This document shows, piece after piece, positions 1-7,150 of a stretch of 64,000 nucleotides of DNA (position 1 is its first letter; the number at the start of each line of letters is the position of its first letter). The notes under the pieces are model-generated. The model saw nothing but the letters and a program-made list of their open reading frames with translations. It did not search any database and was not told the origin of the DNA. The DNA is from a virus. A program made the translations under genes and the position numbers. The stretch is from positions 11,837-75,836 of the IMG/VR virus record IMGVR_UViG_3300014838_000019; one strand, given 5' to 3'.

Positions 1-1
1 G

Positions 2-136
2 TTTTTACGAGGGTTCAAGCCCGGACTCAAGGTCACGGCGTTCTATTGCGACCCGATATATCGCCACGTCAGTTCGAGTGCTCTGCGGGGCATTCAGAAG
101 TTTTCCGAACAGGAATACAGAAAATACGTGGTCTGA
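2..136 (+). CDS. 3' end of phosphopantetheine adenylyltransferase-like (HIGH-superfamily) protein, partial
   Basis: Frame 2 reads FLRGFKPGLKVTAFYCDPIYRHVSSSALRGIQKFSEQEYRKYVV*; HVSSSALR resembles the CoaD C-terminal ISSS motif. Confidence 0.6.
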   Translation, partial: FLRGFKPGLKVTAFYCDPIYRHVSSSALRGIQKFSEQEYRKYVV

Positions 137-156
137 AATATAAATAATCATGGGAC

Positions 157-188
157 TTGACATTTTCGACTTCCCGTGCTATATTTAT
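157..188 (+). promoter_or_regulatory. sigma70-type promoter overlapping the TATTTAT motif
   Basis: TTGACA-17 nt-TATATT with extended TG, continuing as TATTTAT. Confidence 0.75.
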
Positions 189-199
189 GCGTAAGATTT

Positions 200-328
200 G
201 AGATGCACACAGCGACAAAAAATCTATGAGCCGAAAGACTCACCATGAGTCATCCTCTCCCTCGCAAAAAAGAGAGGCGGAAGAATAACCGTGCTGTTTT
301 TATAGTGCAGCGTAAAATTGGGCATCTC
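200..328 (+). ncRNA. putative structured ncRNA of unknown family
   Basis: Closing stem GAGATGC/GCATCTC with internal helices (CCTCTC/GAGAGG, ACAGC/GCTGT); lies just downstream of a promoter in the tRNA array. Confidence 0.5.
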
Positions 329-392
329 GCAAAATTTCCTATTCACCAATGGTGGAAAAGGTTGGGATAGACGTTCAGCGTCATCCTTTTAT

Positions 393-468
393 GGGGCATT
401 AGCTCAGTCAGTAGAGCGTCTGCTTTGCAAGCAGAAGGTGCCGGGAGCAAAGCCCGGATGCTCCACCA
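393..468 (+). tRNA. tRNA-Ala(TGC)
   Basis: Acceptor GGGGCAT/ATGCTCC with G3:U70, anticodon arm TCTGC-TTTGCAA-GCAGA, encoded CCA; atypical T-loop AGCAAAG. Confidence 0.92.
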
Positions 469-515
469 ATCTAAATATTTCGATTCGTTTCCGTTTCTCT
501 CCACTATTTATTGGT

Positions 516-1307
516 ATGAAGATGATACCAATCACTTGCCACAAATGTTCTAATATTGTTGACCGGCCAAAATCCGAGGTTGACCGACAAATTAGAAATG
601 GGCGGAAATATTTTTTCTGCTCATTGTCTTGCTCCACATCGGCAACAAAAACCACAACTCGCAATATAAAATCACGATGTCTATTTTGTCATAAAGAGTT
701 TGATTCGACTACTCGTAAAAAAGCAAAAGTATGTTGTAGCAAAGAGTGTGCAATAAAATATTCTCAATCATTTGTGGACCCGGTAATTCACAAAAAATCT
801 ATTCAGCGGCCATCACATTATCCCCGAGTCGAGAATTTCGAGTGCGTTATATGTGGAACGACGTTTAATAAGAATATAAAATCTCACGTCGAAACATATC
901 AGACCTGTTCGGATAAATGTTTTAGAACACTACTCCAAGTAAAGGCAAGAGCCAATCCAAATTGCGGCGGGGATACGAATTATCGAAGGTATAAATATAA
1001 TGGGATATGGATGGACTCAAAATGGGAAATAGAATTAGCCAAATGGATGGATGCCAATAGTATATCGTGGGAGAGGGACAATAAGAAACATCAATTCATA
1101 TGGACGGATAAAGACGGAAATAAGCGGCGATATTATCCCGACTTTTACCTTCCATCTTATAATGTGTATTTAGACCCGAAGAACAAATATCTCATTAAAG
1201 TTGATGATTACAAAATAAATCAAGTCATTCGGGAAAATAAAATTTGTCTTGTTTGGGGTCTGTTAGAAAATGTGAAAAAAGAAGTTGACATTTTGCGGGG
1301 AGTCTGA
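516..1307 (+). CDS. putative homing endonuclease: Cys-rich zinc-finger repeats plus TnsA-like PD-(D/E)xK domain
   Basis: CxxC...FCSxxC repeats; DSKWE...YYPDFYLP...YLDPKN. Start moved to ATG 516 because the longer ORF overlaps tRNA-Ala. Confidence 0.7.
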   Translation: MKMIPITCHKCSNIVDRPKSEVDRQIRNGRKYFFCSLSCSTSATKTTTRNIKSRCLFCHKEFDSTTRKKAKVCCSKECAIKYSQSFVDPVIHKKSIQRPSHYPRVENFECVICGTTFNKNIKSHVETYQTCSDKCFRTLLQVKARANPNCGGDTNYRRYKYNGIWMDSKWEIELAKWMDANSISWERDNKKHQFIWTDKDGNKRRYYPDFYLPSYNVYLDPKNKYLIKVDDYKINQVIRENKICLVWGLLENVKKEVDILRGV

Positions 1308-1316
1308 TATATTTAT
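1285..1316 (+). promoter_or_regulatory. sigma70-type promoter overlapping the TATTTAT motif
   Basis: TTGACA-17-TATATT, TG extension, then TAT. Confidence 0.75.
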
Positions 1317-1323
1317 GACCATA

Positions 1324-1538
1324 GCTCATCTACCAAGTAAGTGTAGAAGGAGTAACGGGTCCGTCAAGTGGCGAACCCATCAATTTGCCTATCGCCCATG
1401 TGGTGAAAAGGTATCTGAAGTCACTGCGAAGTGACCTCTGACAACTGCGGGAGTCGGCAGACAATAAAATAAGACGGAACTCCAATACCTTATGGTATTG
1501 CGAATCAAACCGAGGGGCACGGTCTCTCGGTCAGTTTA
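1324..1538 (+). ncRNA. putative structured ncRNA(s) of unknown family
   Basis: No ORF; dense hairpins such as GTCACT-GCGA-AGTGAC, CAATACC-TTAT-GGTATTG and ACCGAGGG/TCTCTCGGT between the promoter and tRNA-Met. Confidence 0.45.
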
Positions 1539-1539
1539 T

Positions 1540-1617
1540 TGCGGGCTAGGCAGTTCTGGTGAACTCCTTTGTCTCATAAGCAAATCTAGAAAAGTTCAAT
1601 TCTTTTGCCCGCTACCA
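1540..1617 (+). tRNA. tRNA-Met(CAT), 1:72 mismatch
   Basis: Acceptor TGCGGGC/GCCCGCT, anticodon loop CTCATAA, T arm AAAAG-TTCAATT-CTTTT, CCA. Confidence 0.85.
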
Positions 1618-1681
1618 ATTTTGCTCTTGTAAATGTCCCGATCCAAAGTCATAGACTTGAGAAGAAGGTATTGAGCATTAT

Positions 1682-1755
1682 GGGGTCGTCGTTCAACGGT
1701 AGGACTTGACTATGGCATAGTTAGGATAGGGGTTCGATTCCCCTCGGCTCCACCA
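1682..1755 (+). tRNA. tRNA-Ala(GGC)
   Basis: GGGGTCG/CGGCTCC with G3:U70; loop ATGGCAT (A32-U38 as in bacterial Ala-GGC); GGTTCGATTCC; CCA. Confidence 0.92.
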
Positions 1756-1802
1756 AGTATTTGACTGGAATAGTTTCAGTCATTAGAGAAATAAAACATA
1801 AC

Positions 1803-2366
1803 ATGAAGAAAACATTATCATTATTTGCAACCCTCATCCTTGCGGTAGGTCTATTCGCAGGATGTGCATCTCCAAACGGAGCATCATCCCTCACCCCCGC
1901 TCAAGTAGCAACCGTTGGTGTGGTTGTAACTCAAGCCGCCAATGTTGGTGCTGCATATGCAATTCAGCAAGACAAAACGAACGCCAAGTATTTTGTTCTT
2001 GCCGATGCCGCCATTGACACCTTGGTTGTAAGCAGCAATGCAAGTCCAACCGAACTTGAAAATGCTCTTGCTCCAATCGAAGGAAGCAATCAATTGGTTA
2101 ATGTTGCCATCAGCGGAGCACTCGTCGCTTATGACCTCACATTGAGCCAATATTCAATCACGAATGCCGCTGACGCCGATGCCATTATATGGCTTGGTGA
2201 TATAGAAGTCGGATTCAAGGAAGCATTGGTCTCGACTGGTGCAACAGGATTGACAGTCGCCCACATTGATCCTCCTTATTACTTGCAGCACGTTGGAACA
2301 GGTATCGTAGTTAATACGAATGCTATCAAGTTTACAATCGAAGAAGCCAAGCCAGTGACAAAGTAA
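1803..2366 (+). CDS. lipoprotein
   Basis: Signal peptide MKKTLSLFATLILAVGLFAG-C with lipobox. Confidence 0.75.
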   Translation: MKKTLSLFATLILAVGLFAGCASPNGASSLTPAQVATVGVVVTQAANVGAAYAIQQDKTNAKYFVLADAAIDTLVVSSNASPTELENALAPIEGSNQLVNVAISGALVAYDLTLSQYSITNAADADAIIWLGDIEVGFKEALVSTGATGLTVAHIDPPYYLQHVGTGIVVNTNAIKFTIEEAKPVTK

Positions 2367-2382
2367 ATTAACTTTAACGCAT

Positions 2383-2414
2383 ATCCCTCGCTTCGGCGAG
2401 GGATTTTTTTTTTT
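2383..2414 (+). terminator. rho-independent terminator
   Basis: ATCCCTCGC-TTCG-GCGAGGGAT followed by a T run. Confidence 0.9.
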
Positions 2415-2425
2415 GTAGAAAGTGT

Positions 2426-2457
2426 TTGACATTTGGAAAAGGTGTGGTATATTTATA
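2426..2457 (+). promoter_or_regulatory. sigma70-type promoter overlapping the TATTTAT motif
   Basis: TTGACA-16-TATATT(TATA) with TG extension, just before tRNA-Gln. Confidence 0.7.
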
Positions 2458-2466
2458 TCTGACGAT

Positions 2467-2540
2467 TGGAGTTTAGTGTAGTGGTAGCACGACTCTCTCT
2501 GAAAGAGCAAGTGAAAGTTCGATTCTTTCAACTCCAGCCA
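2467..2540 (+). tRNA. tRNA-Gln(CTG)
   Basis: TGGAGTT/AACTCCA acceptor, loop CTCTGAA, GAAAG-TTCGATT-CTTTC T arm, CCA. Confidence 0.9.
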
Positions 2541-2550
2541 ATTTTAGTTT

Positions 2551-2738
2551 TTGATGTAGCAGACATACCAAAATTCTATGTGCCCGTCATGTGGACATAT
2601 GGGACGAACGTCAGCAACAAGTAGGTTCTTAAGTTTGAACCGAAGATGACGATGGGAGGTCACAACCCAAAGAGTGACTTTGCGAAGACTGCGAGTAAGG
2701 TCTAGGTCAACTACGAACTGTCGTAAGGGCTACATCAA
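2551..2738 (+). ncRNA. putative 188-nt multi-branched ncRNA
   Basis: Perfect 10-bp closing stem TTGATGTAGC/GCTACATCAA filling the gap between two tRNAs, with several internal hairpins. Confidence 0.6.
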
Positions 2739-2743
2739 TTTTA

Positions 2744-2831
2744 GGCGAATTGCCGGAACGGTAACGGGCCAGCTTGGAAAGCTGAGGCAAGTTAACTACT
2801 TGAGTGGGTTCGACTCCTACATTCGCCGCCA
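2744..2831 (+). tRNA. tRNA-Ser(GGA)
   Basis: GGCGAAT/ATTCGCC, loop TTGGAAA, long variable arm, G73, CCA. Confidence 0.92.
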
Positions 2832-2837
2832 ATTTTA

Positions 2838-2927
2838 AATGCGACTGCAACTAGCGATGAAGGTTCGATTCCTTAGTAAAGTGGAACGCAAGTCAGGGGC
2901 ATAATCTGATAGGGTTATGTCAGCATT
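2838..2927 (+). ncRNA. tRNA-like (T-arm-containing) ncRNA
   Basis: Closing stem AATGC-GAC/GTC-A-GCATT; internal AAGG-TTCGATT-CCTT followed by a D-loop-like AGTGGA. Confidence 0.5.
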
Positions 2928-2951
2928 ACGATTATGGATATACAGTATCGA

Positions 2952-3042
2952 GGTGAGTTGGTAGAGATGGATTATTGCACCTGACTCGAAATCAGGAGTG
3001 GCCTCAAAACCACCGGGGGTTCGAATCCCTCACTTACCGCCA
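2952..3042 (+). tRNA. tRNA-Ser(CGA)
   Basis: GGTGAGT/ACTTACC, CCTGA-CTCGAAA-TCAGG, long variable arm, G73, CCA. Confidence 0.93.
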
Positions 3043-3050
3043 TTTTGTAG

Positions 3051-3079
3051 TTGACATCAATTGAGTAAAGTGTTAAACT
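3051..3079 (+). promoter_or_regulatory. sigma70-type promoter
   Basis: TTGACA-17-TAAACT with TG extension. Confidence 0.65.
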
Positions 3080-3110
3080 ATCTTTGAAATTGAAATTCTA
3101 AAATACAGTT

Positions 3111-3377
3111 ATGACATTACCAATATGGTTCCTCGTTCTTAGTCTTTTCCTCCCTCGCATTGCACTCTTAGCTGCATTTATTGCGGGTGGATCATTCCCA
3201 CATCTGTTCACCAAATGGCTTTCTGTGCCAATGGCTGCACTTATTCCCCGAGTTCTTGTTCTTATTGCTATAGCCACTACAATGGGGATATGCGTATGGT
3301 TTTGGATTCATTTAGGATTCATGATTGTAGTTTGGTTCATATCCATACTTCGTAGTTCTGTCAGTCGTGGAAAGTAA
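3111..3377 (+). CDS. small integral membrane protein
   Basis: 88 aa, almost entirely hydrophobic, internal repeat LPRIALL/IPRVLVL. Confidence 0.7.
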   Translation: MTLPIWFLVLSLFLPRIALLAAFIAGGSFPHLFTKWLSVPMAALIPRVLVLIAIATTMGICVWFWIHLGFMIVVWFISILRSSVSRGK

Positions 3378-3381
3378 TTCT

Positions 3382-3678
3382 ATGCAAGAACCAACGTCTA
3401 TCATGGTCAAGTGTGAATGCCACGATGAAGCACTTGAAGTGACCCATTGGCCAGATACAAATGGCAATGGAGAAAGTGAAAATGAGTATTGGTTTGCAAT
3501 ATGGAAACAAGGATTTGATACTCGTCTCTGTTGGAGAGAACGTTTCCGTTGGTGTTGGAATATTTTAAGGACGGGCAAGCCGTGGGGTGACAATATAATT
3601 TTAACTCCCGAGAACGCTAAACAAGTTTCTGAGTTCATTAATCAAAATTTAAAAAATGATACCGAGACCAAAAAATAG
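3382..3678 (+). CDS. hypothetical protein
   Basis: ORF tightly packed in the operon; CECH motif. Confidence 0.6.
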   Translation: MQEPTSIMVKCECHDEALEVTHWPDTNGNGESENEYWFAIWKQGFDTRLCWRERFRWCWNILRTGKPWGDNIILTPENAKQVSEFINQNLKNDTETKK

Positions 3679-3910
3679 TGTGGCACCGTCAAGCCATCAA
3701 ACGGATATAGCCAGTAACCACGAGGCAACCCCCATCAAGTATGTAGTTGTCCGCAATGGGCATCGAGTATCTGATAAAGATTACGATGCTCCCAATAATC
3801 CTCGGTGTTTGGATGAAATAAATTTCTGGACAAGAGTTTCCAATAACACTTCGTTTGGGGAAAAGGTTGAGGTGGTCCCCTATGATTCAAAAAGGCATCG
3901 AGTTTGGTAA
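3656..3910 (+). CDS. hypothetical protein
   Basis: ORF followed by a terminator. Confidence 0.55.
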   Translation: MIPRPKNSVAPSSHQTDIASNHEATPIKYVVVRNGHRVSDKDYDAPNNPRCLDEINFWTRVSNNTSFGEKVEVVPYDSKRHRVW

Positions 3911-3928
3911 CTATATCTATTTCTACAG

Positions 3929-3956
3929 GAGCACGTATTTACGTGCTCTTTTTTTT
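3929..3956 (+). terminator. rho-independent terminator
   Basis: GAGCACGTA/TACGTGCTC stem followed by a T run. Confidence 0.8.
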
Positions 3957-3995
3957 GGTTCTTTTATTTCTTTTGTCCACAAGTATCTCATATTT

Positions 3996-4139
3996 ATGAG
4001 TATGCGGAAATTGACGTTAGATGAATTCATTCTGAAAGCAAAGCACGCTCATGGTGGAAAATATGATTATTCGAAATTTGTGCGAATAACACATAAAGAT
4101 TTCTCAAATATATATTCGGGTTTATCTTCTATGTTATGA
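3996..4139 (+). pseudogene. truncated homing-endonuclease N-terminus (KYDYS repeat)
   Basis: MRKLTLDEFILKAKHAHGGKYDYSKFV is the typical 'EFIxKAxxxHGxKYDYSK' DNA-binding repeat; no nuclease domain follows. Confidence 0.6.
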
Positions 4140-4492
4140 AGAAAAAAAATAAAAATATTGAGGCAGAGGGTTATATTCTTCCGTCTAATAATGATGAGAT
4201 GAGAAAATTCATATCCAAATTCAAAGTGGACATGATGGAAAAAGTAGTATCTTCAATAAAGTTTGCAGTGGAAAACAAGCTCTCCCTAATCGAAGTTTTT
4301 CAATTTAAAGGAACTCCATTCGTTGTTACTATAAACAAAGATGAGTTCATGCTTAATCTTTCACACATTCATCAATTCTATATGAATAATGAAATGTATG
4401 AACTGTGTCAGCGGGTAGAAGTGTTATGCGAAACCCTAAAGAAGAATGAAAAAGAAAACCACAAACCAAACGGACCAAACTCAACCATATAA
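4136..4492 (+). CDS. hypothetical protein
   Basis: 118-aa ORF upstream of PhoH. Confidence 0.6.
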   Translation: MKKKNKNIEAEGYILPSNNDEMRKFISKFKVDMMEKVVSSIKFAVENKLSLIEVFQFKGTPFVVTINKDEFMLNLSHIHQFYMNNEMYELCQRVEVLCETLKKNEKENHKPNGPNSTI

Positions 4493-5198
4493 CGATCACT
4501 ACGACCATTCTCCGGTCATTCCGCAAAGAAGTAAATTAAAGTCAGTTCTCAAAATATATAAACGAGAATTGACTCCCCGCCAACAAGAATTCCTTTCCCT
4601 CGCTAACGACAAATCGTCGAAAATCATTTTCGTTTCTGGTCCCGCTGGAACTTCGAAAACATTCCTCTCTATCTTCCACGCCTTAACTATGATTAATGAG
4701 AAAAAGGTCAGTGATCTCATTTACATCCGTAGTGCAGTGGAATGCTCGGATGCTAAATTGGGGTTCCTTCCCGGTGAAGCTAATGAGAAAATGGCACCTT
4801 ACATCCAACCATTGCTAGATAAACTATCAGAGTTCCTTCCTAAGAGTGATATTGATATTTTACTCAAAGAAGAGCGAGTGACTGGCATTCCGGTTGGATT
4901 TTTGCGTGGTTTAAACTGGAATGCGAAGGTAATTATAGCCGATGAGGCACAAAATATGTCCTATAAGGAACTTTTGACACTTATTACACGCACCGGGGAG
5001 TTTTCCAAAGTATTTATTCTTGGCGACCCAGAGCAAAGCGATATTAATGGTAAAAGTGGTTTTATAAAAATGGTAAGCCATTTCGACGACGAGGAAAGCC
5101 GTCAGAATGGTATTCACGTATTCCGTTTCACGGAAGACGATATTGTCCGAAGTGGATTGGTCCAATTTATAATTCGAAAGATAAAAAAGACTCTGTAA
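4446..5198 (+). CDS. phoH: PhoH-family ATPase
   Basis: GPAGTSKT Walker A, LGFLPG, FLRG, DEAQN, TRTG, GDPEQSD, DIVRS motifs. Confidence 0.95.
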   Translation: MKKKTTNQTDQTQPYNDHYDHSPVIPQRSKLKSVLKIYKRELTPRQQEFLSLANDKSSKIIFVSGPAGTSKTFLSIFHALTMINEKKVSDLIYIRSAVECSDAKLGFLPGEANEKMAPYIQPLLDKLSEFLPKSDIDILLKEERVTGIPVGFLRGLNWNAKVIIADEAQNMSYKELLTLITRTGEFSKVFILGDPEQSDINGKSGFIKMVSHFDDEESRQNGIHVFRFTEDDIVRSGLVQFIIRKIKKTL

Positions 5199-5214
5199 TC
5201 GCTATGTATATCTT

Positions 5215-7140
5215 ATGGCAAACATGCGTGTATCAGAACTGGTGCAAATTACAGTGCCCGAAATGGTGGCCGGAGACCTCCTGCTCGTTTCCGACATAAA
5301 TGCAAACCAGTCCAAAAAATTAACGGTTGGTGATCTTGGTACGTTTCTTATTGAGAACGGATTACTAACGGGGTCTTTTAATGGAACTTCCAGTTACGCA
5401 TTGGTTGCGGCGACAGCATCATATGTGGTGCCGGGATCGGCTTCTTATGCCCCAACTTCCAGTTGGGCACTGAATGTATCAACTGCATCCTATGCGTTAA
5501 CTGCCACGTCAGCAGCTAATTCTGTCACAAGTTCATATGTTGTTACCGCATCGTATGCATTATTTGCATCGGTTCAATCGGTATTTTCCGCATCGTTTGC
5601 TGGCAATGCCCAAACCGCTTCGTTTTTGTTTTTTACACCGGGGGAAACAAATGGAACTGCATCATCGGCAATTACAGCGTCATATGCTCTTAAAACATCC
5701 CCGACATCATCATTCGCAATTACGGCGTCATATGTTCTCGGTCTTGTCACCCAAGTATCAGCATCGTATGCTCAAACAGCATCCATAGCTAATACAGCAT
5801 CGTATGCTCAAACTTCAACCTATCTTCAATTTAATGGTGTTCCAAATGGAACTTCTTCGTATGCATTAGCTGCCGCATATATTGCTGGAGTAACTTCCGA
5901 TTTTGGAACTTATGCCGCAATAACACAATCCTTATCTTCATCTCAACTCGACATGGTATTTGTAAGTCCATCATTGGCTGGATATAGAAATACTAATTTT
6001 GAAGCGTTAGGAACTATCTGCGTTCCATTTACATCATCCAATGGACCCACGAATGGAACCATTCAATTCTTCGTTGTAGATAGACAAAATGGTGGCTCTC
6101 AATCTTTAGATTCAACTTCCATTTATGTTAATTTAGCAAGTTCATCTAGTATTTCTGGAACTTTCAAATATCCATTTTCTCTTGCTGGTGATGTATCTTT
6201 AAGTGGATCATATGAGCTATATGTTACTGCATCGAACGGAGTTTTTATTGAACCATCAAGAAATGTTAAATTTAAAATCACAAGTCAAAGCGATGTATTA
6301 AAAGTTCAATCTTCCGAACCAATACAGTTTTATACTACTCCATCCAACATTGTAATGGGATATTCATCAAGTTTAAATCCTGCTACAGCCTATGTGGGTT
6401 CCGCTTCCCAAGTCATTTTCTCGGGGTCAAATGATCCGACCGTTCTAGTTGTTCCTGCGGCGAGCGGAATGACTAGCCTTTCTTATACATGGACATTGAT
6501 AAATCTAACGTATCTGAATACAATTGGTAATTCAAGTATTACTAATATTGGTGGAGCACCGAGTTCACTTCTAACAATGTCCGTAGCAAGTTGTAGTATT
6601 TTGGCAATTCCACATTTAGGAACTTCTTCAGTTCAAATATTGGACTGTTCTAATAACAACATAAATGGAGTATTGGAATTGGCACCATCAATGAGTTATG
6701 TTAACGTATCAAACAATCCAAATTTGATATTACCTTCATATTTGCCACAGGGATTAACCTCCCTTTGGGCGAATCAGTTGTCTATATTGTCAACTCCTAC
6801 AACAATACCCGATACACTCCAAACTATGTCCATGGCTTCTTGTACAAGTTTGAATTCATGGGCAAGTCTAACATTTCCCTTATCAATCGGATATTTTGAT
6901 TGTCATTCAACATCAATAGCAAGTCTTCCGACCTTTATACCATCACATATGTTATATTGTGATGTTTCATATTGTCAAATGACCCCAACTACAATAGGTA
7001 ATATTTGTAGTGGTCTTGTTTCAAATGCATTATCAAATGGAACATTGAAAGTCATTGGAAACCCATCAAGTCAGTCGGCTCCGAGCATAGTGACAAATAT
7101 AGCCACACTTGTTAGCCGTGGATGGACGGTTGTATCATAA
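5215..7140 (+). CDS. putative tail fibre/receptor-binding protein with ASYA repeats and C-terminal LRR
   Basis: N-terminal RVSEL..GDLLLVSD..SKK fibre-attachment motif, (T/S)ASYA repeats, LPxxLxxLxxxxN-type repeats, RGWTV end. Confidence 0.65.
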   Translation: MANMRVSELVQITVPEMVAGDLLLVSDINANQSKKLTVGDLGTFLIENGLLTGSFNGTSSYALVAATASYVVPGSASYAPTSSWALNVSTASYALTATSAANSVTSSYVVTASYALFASVQSVFSASFAGNAQTASFLFFTPGETNGTASSAITASYALKTSPTSSFAITASYVLGLVTQVSASYAQTASIANTASYAQTSTYLQFNGVPNGTSSYALAAAYIAGVTSDFGTYAAITQSLSSSQLDMVFVSPSLAGYRNTNFEALGTICVPFTSSNGPTNGTIQFFVVDRQNGGSQSLDSTSIYVNLASSSSISGTFKYPFSLAGDVSLSGSYELYVTASNGVFIEPSRNVKFKITSQSDVLKVQSSEPIQFYTTPSNIVMGYSSSLNPATAYVGSASQVIFSGSNDPTVLVVPAASGMTSLSYTWTLINLTYLNTIGNSSITNIGGAPSSLLTMSVASCSILAIPHLGTSSVQILDCSNNNINGVLELAPSMSYVNVSNNPNLILPSYLPQGLTSLWANQLSILSTPTTIPDTLQTMSMASCTSLNSWASLTFPLSIGYFDCHSTSIASLPTFIPSHMLYCDVSYCQMTPTTIGNICSGLVSNALSNGTLKVIGNPSSQSAPSIVTNIATLVSRGWTVVS

Positions 7141-7150
7141 GGAACAATAT

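Noticed and set aside
318-515. N-terminal extension of the 318..1307 ORF
   Set aside because: It runs through tRNA-Ala and structured RNA; ATG 516 follows the promoter motif and starts the zinc-finger protein
2467-2540. Suppressor tRNA or stop-codon recoding
   Set aside because: The anticodon is CTG, not CTA, and long genes are intact under the standard code
2551-2738. 6S RNA, tmRNA, RNase P or SRP assignment
   Set aside because: Length fits 6S but the helices are branched; no tRNA-like ends, GGAAAGUCC or SRP domain IV motif seen
393-3042. Ser/Ala tRNAs as an adaptation to Ser/Ala-rich virion proteins
   Set aside because: Only part of the tRNA set may be visible and the anticodons do not obviously match the dominant TCA/TCT codons, so it cannot be supported
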